Assembly: GCA_051439605.1 (NCBI GenBank)
Contig: JBFRWN010000077.1
Location: 1 to 64,000, forward strand
Length of the DNA: 64,000 nucleotides
Source: Synechococcus sp.
GTDB lineage: Bacteria; Cyanobacteriota; Cyanobacteriia; Thermostichales; PCC-7336
Reading direction: 5' to 3'
Position numbers and translations under genes: made by a program. Below, in pieces: positions 9,208-19,867 of this stretch; position 1 is the stretch's first letter; every line of letters begins with the position of its first letter. The notes below the pieces were generated by a model. That model did not search any database, was not told the DNA's origin, and saw only the letters and a list, made by a program, of their open reading frames with translations.

Positions 9208-9942
9208 TTAAATCATTCCGGAGGCTTCCAACCAGGCTCCTAAACCAAATAAGCCATCTACCACCAAAGTAAACAGCACAGCACCGCTAAACGCCCACCA
9301 ATGCAGCTTTGCATTGCCTTGGCGATCTTCCCCCTGCCAAACACCAAACATACCGACAACGAGCAGTACCAGGGCCAGAATAACCGCACTCACCAAACCC
9401 AACTGTGACTGCATTTTTAAAATCGCATCCAGCATCGCCCCCGTAAGAGCGACATCTGAAACAGTGGGTTGCATAGCGGCTCGCCATTGGGGCAGAAGAT
9501 TCACAGTGTGAATGTAAAGGTCGGTGATAGCGGTACCGAACAGAGAACCCAGTAAGAAGTAGTTGCCGACTCTGGCAAACCCCCGCCACAGCCCCCAAAT
9601 TGCGATAGGCAAGGCGATCGCCTCGATAGGCATATGCCAAAGGGGCTCAGTGCGAAGCCAGCCCCAATACAGAGACCCACACAGCCAGGTCAGGGTGAAG
9701 CCGTACAGCAGACTCCCCCAGATGCGGTACGTGCGTAAAGAGAGCATGTGCAGGCTGAGGCAAAGCCACGGCACAGTCAGCACCAAGCTCACCCAGGGGG
9801 CACTACGAACCAACGGGGCTTGAACAAATACGGGTAACGACACCAACGCCCCAGCTGACAAAAAGACAACGGAGGCAGTGCTCAAGCTGATGGCGCGAGG
9901 CCCAGCTGATGGCGATGCGATTGGGGGAAATGAGGAAGACAA
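9208..9942 (-). CDS. Conserved cyanobacterial membrane protein (DUF3120-like)
   Basis: LVSLPVFVQAPLVR, GSLYWGWLR.EP.WH.PIEA, GTAITDLY. Confidence 0.8.
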   Translation of the reverse strand: MSSSFPPIASPSAGPRAISLSTASVVFLSAGALVSLPVFVQAPLVRSAPWVSLVLTVPWLCLSLHMLSLRTYRIWGSLLYGFTLTWLCGSLYWGWLRTEPLWHMPIEAIALPIAIWGLWRGFARVGNYFLLGSLFGTAITDLYIHTVNLLPQWRAAMQPTVSDVALTGAMLDAILKMQSQLGLVSAVILALVLLVVGMFGVWQGEDRQGNAKLHWWAFSGAVLFTLVVDGLFGLGAWLEASGMI

Positions 9943-10130
9943 GATGCGCAGTGCCGAAACTGAGTTAATTTTACTTAAGTTAACATGAGGTAGCTCGAAC
10001 GGACGGAGCCTAAATCCTTAGCTTCATCATGCGGGGGTGGGACGTAGTACTGCCCCTGCTTTGTCGAAGCTGTTCGATCGCCATTGCTTGACCGTTTGCA
10101 ACAGAACGGACTGTCTTTGATTGTGAGACA

Positions 10131-11048
10131 TTGCTAGTGACCGCTACTGCTCCCACTTTTGCCCGCGCTAACGCCACCTGGCAATGGCAGGAATACTCAT
10201 TGCCTTATCGGGTGGATGGCGATCTCGATGCCCCGCCTGTGGTTTTAGTGCATGGATTTGGGGGATGTATTGGTCATTGGCGCAAGACTGCAGCGGAGCT
10301 GTCGCAGTCTTACCGCGTGTATTCCATTGACTTATTGGGGTTCGGGGCCGCCCCCAAGCCGCCGATTAACTACACGTTTGAGTTGTGGGGAACACAGCTG
10401 GTTGAGTTTTGTCAGCAGGTGGTGGGTCGCCCCGCCACACTAGTGGGTAACTCGGTAGGTTGCATTGTGGCGCTGCAGGCGGCTGTGTTTGCGCCTGAAT
10501 GGTGTCAAAGCACCGTCCTGATTAATTGCTCTCTACGGCTGCTGCACGAACGCAAGCGCAGCTCTCTATCGCTGGCACAGCGCTTGGGGACACCAGTCAT
10601 GCAAAGGGTGCTCAGGTTTAAACCTGTGGGTCAGCTGTTTTTTAAGCAAATTGCTCAGCGGCGATCGCTGCAAAATATTTTGAAGCAGGCCTATCGGCGT
10701 CACGAAATGATTACAGATGAGCTACTCAATATTTTGCTAGAGCCCGCTCGCGATCCCGGTGCTGCAGATGTGTTTATTTCTTTTGTGAATTATTCCTCTG
10801 GACCTTTAGCGGAGGATCTCTTGCCTAAAATGCAGGCTCCCGTGGCAGTGATTTGGGGGGAGAACGACCCGTGGGAACCGCTGGATCTGGCGCGCGAATT
10901 TGAAAATTTCGACTGCGTACAGCAATTTGAAACCATTCCAAATGCGGGACACTGTCCTATGGATGAAGCGTGGCAAGAAACGAACGCAATCTTGCGGGGA
11001 TGGCTGCAGCGGATTGAGTCTTCTGCGGTTTCTGCGCGGCATTCGTGA
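10131..11048 (+). CDS. Alpha/beta fold hydrolase
   Basis: LVHGFG, IDLLGFG, GNSVG nucleophile, WGENDPW, GHCP. Confidence 0.92.
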   Translation: MLVTATAPTFARANATWQWQEYSLPYRVDGDLDAPPVVLVHGFGGCIGHWRKTAAELSQSYRVYSIDLLGFGAAPKPPINYTFELWGTQLVEFCQQVVGRPATLVGNSVGCIVALQAAVFAPEWCQSTVLINCSLRLLHERKRSSLSLAQRLGTPVMQRVLRFKPVGQLFFKQIAQRRSLQNILKQAYRRHEMITDELLNILLEPARDPGAADVFISFVNYSSGPLAEDLLPKMQAPVAVIWGENDPWEPLDLAREFENFDCVQQFETIPNAGHCPMDEAWQETNAILRGWLQRIESSAVSARHS

Positions 11049-11084
11049 ATGTGTGCTCTTTTTATTTCACTTCCTTTTTGATTT

Positions 11085-11587
<503 letters not shown>

Positions 11588-11698
11588 AAACACAGTCATT
11601 ATCAATTAGTTCAAAGTCTCAATAAAAATCAGCCCGACGTCAAAGCAGGGCCGAGGGATAGCGATACATGGCAGAAGCTGAAGGATGGAGCTAGAGGT

Positions 11699-12541
11699 CT
11701 AACGTCGATAATCAGGGTTTCTGGGGCGATCGCCATTGCCGTAGTTCCCTTGAGATTCTCGGTAGCCAGAGTTGTCCCCATAACCACCGGAGTTGCGACC
11801 GTAGTCGTCATAGTTTTGGGACGAGCCGTAGTTAGGTGGCACACCGTAGCCAGAGTTGTCGTCATAGCTGATTGCCCGATCGTCATATCCTCGCTGCTGA
11901 GGTTCGTTGGGTTTCCGACCGCCAGGGGCTACCGATAGGGCGGAAGAGGTTAAGCCCTTCGCGTTGACGTACTCTAAATTGCGCTGACGAATCGTGAAAT
12001 CGTAATTGCTTTTAGTGCGACCTTCCAGTTCGCGGATTTTTAGCCAGGCACTGAGTAGCAACCCTGCTGCCTGCTGCTCGGTATATCCGTTTTGAGAGGC
12101 ATGGCGGATCGCATATTCGTCAGCAGAGATTTGAGCTTTCTGCCCTTTCTCGGAGCGACGGAGCAACAAGAATGCTAGCAACGCCAGTCCTCCAGCGAGG
12201 CCAATCCCCAAATTGTCAGACATCTGCATCTCGACCAGAAAACCAGTGGCACCGGCTCCCAGCAGAGCGGGATAGAGCAGGAGCGCAGCCCAGTTATTCC
12301 CCATTGAAATTTCGGTGGCTAGGCTGGCCTCCCGCAGGAAATACATTTTTTGTTGGTCAGTGGAGAGTTGTTCCCAGCGGTTTAAATCAATGGCAAACCG
12401 AGAGCGATCTTGCCAGGGAAACCGCCAAAGGGGCTGCACCACTTTGCTCTGGTCGTCGGTTCCGATCTCAATCGCAACGTCGCCGCGAATTTCGAACGGC
12501 AGATAGTTGATCAGGCGATCGAAATTGGTGGAATCGTACAT
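11699..12541 (-). CDS. DUF3318-like membrane protein with G/Y/D/N low-complexity tail
   Basis: Two TM segments, ADE.AI..A...GY; ATG 12541 avoids overlap with ttcA. Confidence 0.7.
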   Translation of the reverse strand: MYDSTNFDRLINYLPFEIRGDVAIEIGTDDQSKVVQPLWRFPWQDRSRFAIDLNRWEQLSTDQQKMYFLREASLATEISMGNNWAALLLYPALLGAGATGFLVEMQMSDNLGIGLAGGLALLAFLLLRRSEKGQKAQISADEYAIRHASQNGYTEQQAAGLLLSAWLKIRELEGRTKSNYDFTIRQRNLEYVNAKGLTSSALSVAPGGRKPNEPQQRGYDDRAISYDDNSGYGVPPNYGSSQNYDDYGRNSGGYGDNSGYRESQGNYGNGDRPRNPDYRR

Positions 12542-12668
12542 GCCTAGATAAGCCGTCAAATAGCAATGATGGATAGGATACAGCAGCTCAGTGCGCTGCG
12601 ATGTCTCTTTAGGATAGCCTTCATCGGCAATAACAGTTGCTGGACAAGCTTTCGATAAACGCTCGCTC

Positions 12669-13541
12669 TCACGTTTGTTGGCGCAGCCCCACAAAATCAA
12701 ACAGCTCGCGATCGCCCAACTGAGACAGCGACACATTCTGAATACTGCGGAATAAACGCTCAATCCGCCCCGGATCGTCCCGCTCCCAATCCTGCAGCAT
12801 CTGCTTAATCAGCCCCCGCTGCAAATTCTCCTGCGATCCGCACAAGTTACAAGGAATAATCGGAAAATTCCGCGCTCGTGCATACTTTTCGATTTCGCGC
12901 TCCGAGCAGTAGGACAGCGGGCGAATAACCACATGCTTGCCATCGTCGCTCAACAGCTTGGGCGGCATCGCCTTCAACCGCCCACCGTGGAACATGTTGA
13001 GGAATAGAGTTTCCACGATGTCATCCCGATGGTGACCCAATGCGATCTTGGTAGCCCCCTCCTCGCTAGCTACCCGGTAAAGGATTCCTCGCCGCAACCG
13101 GGAACACAGCCCGCACATCGTCTTCCCCTCCGGCACCACCCGCACCACCGTGCTATAGGTGTCTTCCTCCACAATCCGATAGGGCACTCCTAGATCGTCT
13201 AGATACCGCGGCAAAACCTCTGTCGGAAACCCCGGCTGTTTTTGATCCAGATTCACCACCAACAGCTCAAAATTGACCGGAGCACGTCTTTGTAGACTTA
13301 ACAGCAAATCCAGCATGGTGTAGGAATCTTTGCCCCCAGACAGGCAGACCATCACGCGATCGCCCTCTTCCAACATGCCGTAATCTATGCTGGCCTTGCC
13401 CACCAACCCCCGCAGCCGAGCCTGCAGCTTTTTGAAATTCTTAGAGGATCGTGCGGCGGTGGCCTTCGAACTGCTTGCTTCAGAAGCAGGTTCTAAAACA
13501 ACTGGCTTAGTTGCAATAGCGTCGGGTGATGTTGCTGGCAT
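12669..13541 (-). CDS. ttcA: tRNA 2-thiocytidine(32) synthetase
   Basis: SGGKDS PP-loop, [41 protein letters not shown]. Confidence 0.96.
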   Translation of the reverse strand: MPATSPDAIATKPVVLEPASEASSSKATAARSSKNFKKLQARLRGLVGKASIDYGMLEEGDRVMVCLSGGKDSYTMLDLLLSLQRRAPVNFELLVVNLDQKQPGFPTEVLPRYLDDLGVPYRIVEEDTYSTVVRVVPEGKTMCGLCSRLRRGILYRVASEEGATKIALGHHRDDIVETLFLNMFHGGRLKAMPPKLLSDDGKHVVIRPLSYCSEREIEKYARARNFPIIPCNLCGSQENLQRGLIKQMLQDWERDDPGRIERLFRSIQNVSLSQLGDRELFDFVGLRQQT

Positions 13542-13624
13542 CGGGCAACTCGAAAGTGGTGTTTAAGGCCTCTATTGTAAGTTTGTCTGGCAGGCTGGGA
13601 AATGGATGGGATTGAGGTGCAGGG

Positions 13625-14233
13625 ATGACAAGTTTAAGTGGTCAAGAGCAGGAAGCGATCGCATCAGCAGTGGCCTATCTGCGATCTGAGACGAACAAGA
13701 AGCCAGAAGCAGCAGCCGTCGTCTCCGCTCTAGTGGCTGCCGAAAAATCTGCCAAGCAAGCTCAGTCAGACTATTTCCTCTCAGACCTCACCGGCACCTG
13801 GCAGCTGGGCTTCATTACCGGCACTAAAAAAGCGCGCAAGACAGCGGGAGCCGCATTTGGGATAGGTCGTTTTCTACCCAAATTTCTGGCCGTTACGATC
13901 GCTTATTCCCAGGCAGAGGAGGATAGCGATCGCGGTTCCGTGCGCAACTCCGTCCGCCTAGGCTCTCTAGAATTTGCCCTTTCCGGTCCAATCAGCTTCC
14001 ACCCCAAAAGCAATATCCTTGCCTTTGACTTCATCCACATGACTGTATCCATGGCGGATGTGGAACTGTACTCTGGTGACGTTCGCGGTGGAAGCGAGCA
14101 AGCCGCAAGTTTTTACGATGCACCTTTAAAAGAGAAAGCTTTCTTCACCTACTTCGCGATCGCCGATGACTATATTGCCGCCCGTGGCAAAGGAGGAGGG
14201 CTGGCCCTCTGGACGAAGACCAGCCCTGATTGA
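13625..14233 (+). CDS. Conserved cyanobacterial hypothetical protein (fibrillin/lipocalin-like)
   Basis: L.GTWQLGF, IAARGKGGGLALW. Confidence 0.7.
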   Translation: MTSLSGQEQEAIASAVAYLRSETNKKPEAAAVVSALVAAEKSAKQAQSDYFLSDLTGTWQLGFITGTKKARKTAGAAFGIGRFLPKFLAVTIAYSQAEEDSDRGSVRNSVRLGSLEFALSGPISFHPKSNILAFDFIHMTVSMADVELYSGDVRGGSEQAASFYDAPLKEKAFFTYFAIADDYIAARGKGGGLALWTKTSPD

Positions 14234-14261
14234 ATGTTCAAGCTCTCGGCCGGCGTAGCCG

Positions 14262-15281
14262 TTAAACCTTAGCCGTCAGGTTCTCCATCAGCCTCGGAAT
14301 GTTCTCCTCCCACTTTCGAGGCTCGCTAGCGCGGCGAATATTGCGCCAGATCTGGGTGGCGGCCAAAGTGCCATCAGCCACCGCGATCGTCACTTGGTTT
14401 AGCCCTTGCTTTAAATCTCCAAGTGCAAAGATGCGATCGTGCGAGGTTTGAGCCATGTTATTGGTGACTAAATTCTCACCGTTCCACTCCAACCCCTCAA
14501 TCCCCTTGAGGTACTGATTGTGATACACCGACCCCATGGCTACTAAGCCAGTGGTGGCCTCAACCACCTGACCGTCTACCAGTTCGACACCGCTCAACTT
14601 GTGGTTTTCCCCTAAGAACTTAGCGATCGGGGCTTCGTACAGCGGATAGCCCCGTTCTGCTAGCTTGCGCTTCATCTCGTCGCTAACTTCAAACAAACCG
14701 TGGGTCAACACCGAGATATAAGGGGTAAACCAATCCAGCACGAACGCGGCATTAATCTGACCTTCCGACCCGGCTATCAGCACAGTCTTTTGGTCCCACA
14801 TGTCGTAGCCGTCGCAAATCATACACACATGCAGCGTGTAGCCTGCATAATCATAGACATTTTGCATGTTGTCGAGCTGGGGAAGCTTATCGATCACTCC
14901 AGAGGCCGCAATTAAATATTTGCTGCGGAATACAGGATGAATGCCCTCCTTTTTTCCCACTTTGACTTGCACGGAAAAGGTATCCCCTTCATCCGTGACT
15001 GCTTCCACATAGCCGCGCAAGTAATCCGCCCCCCACCCAAGCGCCTGCTTAATTCCGTGCTGGATGATGTCACGCCCAGGCGTGTCAGGGTCAAAGCCCA
15101 AATAGTTGCGGGTGTCCTGCATCCAAAACGATCGCCCTCTACCCTTTTCCACAACCAAACACTTGAGACCGTAGCGGGCCAAATAGATTGCAGCAGATAG
15201 GCCACCCATACCGCCCCCCACCACAATGGCGTCGTAGACGGTATCAAGGCGAGTGTCGAGATTTTTGCTAGATAGTTTCAT
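14262..15281 (-). CDS. Thioredoxin-reductase-like FAD disulfide oxidoreductase (Slr0600/DDOR-like)
   Basis: GGGMGG FAD motif, CMICDG redox pair, FALGD; NADPH GxGxxA motif degenerate. Confidence 0.85.
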   Translation of the reverse strand: MKLSSKNLDTRLDTVYDAIVVGGGMGGLSAAIYLARYGLKCLVVEKGRGRSFWMQDTRNYLGFDPDTPGRDIIQHGIKQALGWGADYLRGYVEAVTDEGDTFSVQVKVGKKEGIHPVFRSKYLIAASGVIDKLPQLDNMQNVYDYAGYTLHVCMICDGYDMWDQKTVLIAGSEGQINAAFVLDWFTPYISVLTHGLFEVSDEMKRKLAERGYPLYEAPIAKFLGENHKLSGVELVDGQVVEATTGLVAMGSVYHNQYLKGIEGLEWNGENLVTNNMAQTSHDRIFALGDLKQGLNQVTIAVADGTLAATQIWRNIRRASEPRKWEENIPRLMENLTAKV

Positions 15282-15441
15282 AGCAACCCTCTGAGTCGGG
15301 CTAGAAGAGAAGTCAAAAAAGCAGACGGCTTAGTGTTGCGTCCTAAAGCTTTGATTGTAGGCTGTTTGCCTAAGAAGTACATGCGGCAATCGCCCGCAAG
15401 GGCCAAGGCGATCCCTGCAGGCGCGAATTCTAGACGTTCAT

Positions 15442-16014
15442 TTAGCCAACGAACTCTAGACGGGGCTCGGACACCTTACCCGCTTCGGCTCCCTTTAAGT
15501 AAGCCAGCATCGTGTCTGCATCGGAGACTTCAAAGGGGTCGGTGGGGCAGTTATCGCCAAAATTTGGCTCGGAGAAGAGCTTCTCGATCTTGCCGTCATT
15601 CACCAGCATGGAATATCTCCAAGAACGCATGCCGAAGCCTAGATTAGACTTGTCCACCAACATGCCCATCTTGCGGGTGAATTCACCGTTGCCATCGGGA
15701 AGGAGGTAAACGTTCTTGGCACCAATTTTGAGTCCCCACTGGAACATCACAAAGGCATCGTTAACAGATACACAAATAATTTCGTCAACACCTTGAGCCT
15801 TGAACTCATCGTAAAGTTCTTCGTACCGGGGCAGGTGGTTAGAGGAGCAGGTTGGAGTGAAGGCTCCAGGCAGAGAGAAAACGACAACCTTCTTGCCACC
15901 AAAGATCTCTTGAGTGGTTTTGTCCTCCCACCGATAGGGGTTAGGCCCCGGCAAAGATTCATCACGGACGCGAGTCTTAAAGACAACGTCAGGTAAGCGT
16001 TCAATTACAGCCAT
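15442..16014 (-). CDS. Type II peroxiredoxin (Sll1621-like)
   Basis: [34 protein letters not shown] 16014 with RBS. Confidence 0.96.
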   Translation of the reverse strand: MAVIERLPDVVFKTRVRDESLPGPNPYRWEDKTTQEIFGGKKVVVFSLPGAFTPTCSSNHLPRYEELYDEFKAQGVDEIICVSVNDAFVMFQWGLKIGAKNVYLLPDGNGEFTRKMGMLVDKSNLGFGMRSWRYSMLVNDGKIEKLFSEPNFGDNCPTDPFEVSDADTMLAYLKGAEAGKVSEPRLEFVG

Positions 16015-16095
16015 ATCTACCTTTCTGTAAGTAAAAAAACTTCGTTGAGTGAAACCACTGTTGGCTGCGCTTGTTTCAGCGCGTGCCGCCATAAA

Positions 16096-16110
16096 TCAGA
16101 ATAATTCTTA
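16096..16110. promoter_or_regulatory. Putative Per box
   Basis: TCAGAAT-A-ATTCTTA 7-1-7 inverted repeat (one mismatch) between divergent prx and perR. Confidence 0.6.
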
Positions 16111-16282
16111 GATAAGAAGAATTCAATAGTTATAATTACTTACTTATGCTTGCATCATTTAAATAGGACTTATTCTGTCCAAATGGTAAGATAGTAACCT
16201 GATATATCTAAAGCTGAACTCGCTTTGGAGCCATACTCCTTAGAGCTCGTTGGGTTGGAGTCGTTCATTAAGGAGCTAACAA

Positions 16283-16699
16283 GTGCAGACGGATCGAATC
16301 GTTCAAACCCTAAAATCCAGAGGACTGCGGGTCACACCGCAGCGGTTTGCCGTTTACTCCAATCTGCTTGACCGCACTGACCACCCCACCGCCGAACAAA
16401 TTCTGGTGGATCTCAATCGTGACGCACCTACTTCTTCCCAAGCCACCGTCTACAGCTCTCTGCAGGCGCTTCGTAATGTCGGTCTAGTCCGCGAAGTGTT
16501 GCTGGAAGAGGGGGTCTGCCGGTACGACGCGAATGTAGAACACCACCATCATTTCCGCTGCAACAATTGCGGACACATTGAAGATATTGCTTGGCAACAA
16601 TTACAGGACATGAGTTTTCAAAAGTTGAGATCCGGTTTGCAAGTCGACGACTATGAAGTAATCGTTCACGGTCTGTGCGAAAACTGCCAGCAAGATTGA
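16283..16699 (+). CDS. perR: Fur-family peroxide regulator
   Basis: GLRVTPQR, HPTAE, HHHFRCNNC, HGLCENC; divergent from type II prx. Confidence 0.88.
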   Translation: MQTDRIVQTLKSRGLRVTPQRFAVYSNLLDRTDHPTAEQILVDLNRDAPTSSQATVYSSLQALRNVGLVREVLLEEGVCRYDANVEHHHHFRCNNCGHIEDIAWQQLQDMSFQKLRSGLQVDDYEVIVHGLCENCQQD

Positions 16700-17040
16700 G
16701 AGGCGGTCTTCTGCTGCCGAACCTCCTTTGAGGAGCTAAAAAAGTGTGGCTTACTCGATCAGTCACCAGTATGCAAGCTGTGTACACTCGACATCACGAA
16801 ATTAAGAAACCTGAATGTAAGTTCTGGACCTCAGCACAGTTCAGTGATGGAGTCCCTATTCAGGAGTTATCGTTCAGAACATTTGTGACCCAAAACACGT
16901 TCGATTACTTGCGGAAAGGGTGGCCAACAGATCGCTATTTTCTTGGATGGCTATACCCTTCGCCATCTTTGATCTACGCGATCGCAGACTTTGAGCCTCA
17001 GACGACTGATGCCGAGCATTGTGAGGCAGGGTTACGGTGA

Positions 17041-17631
17041 CTACGCACAACGACGAAACACTTCCTGCTGAATCGCAGACAAGTTACTGGAAAGATCGGC
17101 CTTCAGACGTCGCTGCACAACTTGGATGGGCATTTTACGGGGGGGAAGAATCGTGATGGCATAGCTCAGCCTCGTGATATCGCCTAAATCTGAGAGCTTC
17201 CAGCATCCAAAAAATTCAACAAAGTCCCCCTCCACCATCGTGAAATCAATCCGCTCGGTGGGAGCAGTTTCCATCTTCAACGTGACAGCCGCCGAAAATT
17301 TGAGAAACGACAACTTCTGCACCCCCACCTGCCGCAACAGAGTGCAACCATCTTCCTCACCCACCACACAGCTTTCTGCCAAGTTAGGGATAAAGTCAGC
17401 CAACCCTTCGTAGTCTGTCAGCACGTCCCACACCGACTCGCAAGCATGGGGAATATCGATACAGGCTTCTAGGCAGCGCTTGCGTCCTTCTAGCTTTTGA
17501 ATCGTGACATCGACTGCGCTCTCTAACGCCGACGGTTGACTGCCATCAATTCCTAGATTGAGTTCGCTGCCATTCAGTAATGCATCATCGGACAACTCAC
17601 CCGCGACCGAATCAGATGGAGAGCTAGACAT
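17041..17631 (-). CDS. SRPBCC / polyketide cyclase-dehydrase family protein
   Basis: VWDVLTDYE.LADFIPNL, MVEGDF..F.G.W; ATG 17631. Confidence 0.88.
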   Translation of the reverse strand: MSSSPSDSVAGELSDDALLNGSELNLGIDGSQPSALESAVDVTIQKLEGRKRCLEACIDIPHACESVWDVLTDYEGLADFIPNLAESCVVGEEDGCTLLRQVGVQKLSFLKFSAAVTLKMETAPTERIDFTMVEGDFVEFFGCWKLSDLGDITRLSYAITILPPRKMPIQVVQRRLKADLSSNLSAIQQEVFRRCA

Positions 17632-17748
17632 ACATAATCCGCCGTAAACCGCCAAACAAATCCTTGGAATTACTATAATGCCCTGCGATCGCGCCTCGAA
17701 ACCACTAGAATAGTAGGCTCCAACGCGAACAGCTGTAGGAATTGTACT

Positions 17749-18837
17749 GTGGATTCCATTCGTCCTAACCTGTTGAGCTTGCAGCCCTACGAAGCAGAGG
17801 TGCTGCCCGACATCGACAAGCTCGATGCTAACGAGTACCCCCAAGACCTACCTGAGTGGTTTAAGAAAAAACTCTCGCTGGTGTGGGAAAAAGGTATTCA
17901 TAGCAATCGATATCCCGATGCTAGCCATCGTAGCCTCAAACGGGCAATCGCCGATTATGTTGGGGTTCACCCTGCCCAAGTCAGTTTGGGTAACGGTTCT
18001 GACGAGTTGATCCGCTCAATTTTGATTGCCACCTGCTTGGAAAATCGTGGTGGCATCTTGGTTTCTCCACCGACGTTCTCAATGTACGGCATCATCGCCC
18101 GCACCCTTGGCGTCCCCGTAGTCTCTGTTCCCCGTGACCCCGTCACCTTCGCTCTGGACTTACCCGCAATCGACGCGGCAATCGCCCAAGCGCAGGCGGA
18201 GGGCAATCCCATTCGAGTGGTATTTCTGGTTTCCCCCAACTCCCCAACCGGCACGATGCTATCTCAAGCCGATTTGAAGTGGGCTGGATCGCTCCCAGAA
18301 TCCATCATGGTGGTGGTGGACGAAGCTTACTTTGAGTTCAGTCAAACCAGCGTGGTTGGGGAACTGGCCCAACGACCCAACTGGGTGGTGCTGCGCACCT
18401 TCTCCAAAGCTTTTCGACTGGCGGCCCATCGAGTAGGCTACGCCATCGCCAACGTGACGATTACACGCGTATTTGAAGCCACCCGCCTGCCCTACAACTT
18501 ACCGGCCATATCTCAGTGGGCGGCCCAGCTGGCGTTAGAATCAGCCGACGAGCTCCTGGCGGACATCCCCGACATTGTGCGAGAGCGCGATCGCCTCTGG
18601 GCAGAGTTGCAACTGATGCCAGGGGTCCAGGTATGGCCCAGTGGCGGCAACTTCCTCTACATCCGCGTACAAAACTGGGATTTAGGCGATCTCCAGAAGG
18701 CACTGATCGTTCAAGGCAGCGGCATCCGCCACACTGGAGGTGGTTTGCGCTTAACAATCGGTACCCCAGAAGAGAATCAACGCTGCCTTAGCAACCTGCA
18801 GCACGTCCTCAAACTGCTACCCCAAACCACGGCATAG
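17749..18837 (+). CDS. hisC: Histidinol-phosphate aminotransferase
   Basis: KLDANE, NRYPD, GNGSDELI, VDEAYFEF, LRTFSKAF.LA..RVGY. Confidence 0.93.
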   Translation: MDSIRPNLLSLQPYEAEVLPDIDKLDANEYPQDLPEWFKKKLSLVWEKGIHSNRYPDASHRSLKRAIADYVGVHPAQVSLGNGSDELIRSILIATCLENRGGILVSPPTFSMYGIIARTLGVPVVSVPRDPVTFALDLPAIDAAIAQAQAEGNPIRVVFLVSPNSPTGTMLSQADLKWAGSLPESIMVVVDEAYFEFSQTSVVGELAQRPNWVVLRTFSKAFRLAAHRVGYAIANVTITRVFEATRLPYNLPAISQWAAQLALESADELLADIPDIVRERDRLWAELQLMPGVQVWPSGGNFLYIRVQNWDLGDLQKALIVQGSGIRHTGGGLRLTIGTPEENQRCLSNLQHVLKLLPQTTA

Positions 18838-18996
18838 CGAGCCGCTAGTTCGCGCAAAATCGTCTTCCATCAGTGACTGACCTCGGGGTTTTGTCCCGCA
18901 CTCTACTATCGATCTCCTTTGCTCCACTTGTGAAACGATCCCGCTTTCGGTCACTCTGGATCCTGTTGACATTATGCCGGATCGAGCGGAGAGCGC

Positions 18997-19839
18997 ATGC
19001 CTAAGAGCATGGAGTTGGCCAAGCGGCTAGATATTGCTACTGAAGCTGCTAATGCAGCCGGAGCAGTCCTGCAACAGTTGCAGGGTAATTTGCGGGATGT
19101 ACAGGAAAAACGTCCTGGAGATTTAGTCACGGAGGCAGATCGTCAAGCGGAGGCCATTGTTCTAGAGATCTTGCAGCGGCATTTCCCCCAAGACAGCTTC
19201 TTGGCAGAAGAATCGGGAGTACTAGGGGAGTTCGACACAGATGGCTTTCTATGGGCCATTGACCCCCTCGATGGCACCACTAACTTTGCCCACAGCTACC
19301 CTGCTGCTGCGGTTTCGATTGGTCTGTTATGCAATGGGGAGCCGATTTTGGGGGTTGTGTTCGATGTTTTCCGTAACGAACTCTTTCGTGCCTGCAAGGG
19401 AATGGGTGCCACCTGCAACCGTCTTCCCATCCAGGTTTCTAGAACGCCAGAGTTGAGAAATAGCCTGCTCGTGACGGGGTTTGCCTACGACCGACGGGAA
19501 ACCTCCGACAATAACTACGCGGAATTCTGTCACTTCACCCACCTCACCCAAGGGGTGCGACGAGGGGGGTCTGCCTCGGTAGATTTAGCAGGGGTGGCAA
19601 TGGGTCGACTGGATGGCTACTGGGAGCGGGGGCTATCTATCTGGGACATCGCCGCCGGGATTGTCTTAGTCAGAGAAGCCGGAGGGATTGTGACCGCCTA
19701 CGATGGCTCCCCTCTGGACATCAAATCTGGTCGCCTGCTGGCCACCAACGGTCAGGTACATATGGCCATTCAACAGGAGCTCAGCCGAGTCGCTCCACTC
19801 AATCAAAATCTGCCCCAATATCCTGCTGTCACTTACTAA
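18997..19839 (+). CDS. suhB: Inositol monophosphatase family protein
   Basis: DLVTEAD, WAIDPLDGTTNF, WDIAAG. Confidence 0.92.
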   Translation: MPKSMELAKRLDIATEAANAAGAVLQQLQGNLRDVQEKRPGDLVTEADRQAEAIVLEILQRHFPQDSFLAEESGVLGEFDTDGFLWAIDPLDGTTNFAHSYPAAAVSIGLLCNGEPILGVVFDVFRNELFRACKGMGATCNRLPIQVSRTPELRNSLLVTGFAYDRRETSDNNYAEFCHFTHLTQGVRRGGSASVDLAGVAMGRLDGYWERGLSIWDIAAGIVLVREAGGIVTAYDGSPLDIKSGRLLATNGQVHMAIQQELSRVAPLNQNLPQYPAVTY

Positions 19840-19867
19840 GCGCCCCTGCGTTTCATCCTCCCCGCAC

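Noticed and set aside
16744..17040. 98-aa ORF after perR
   Set aside because: No motif or RBS; probably spurious.
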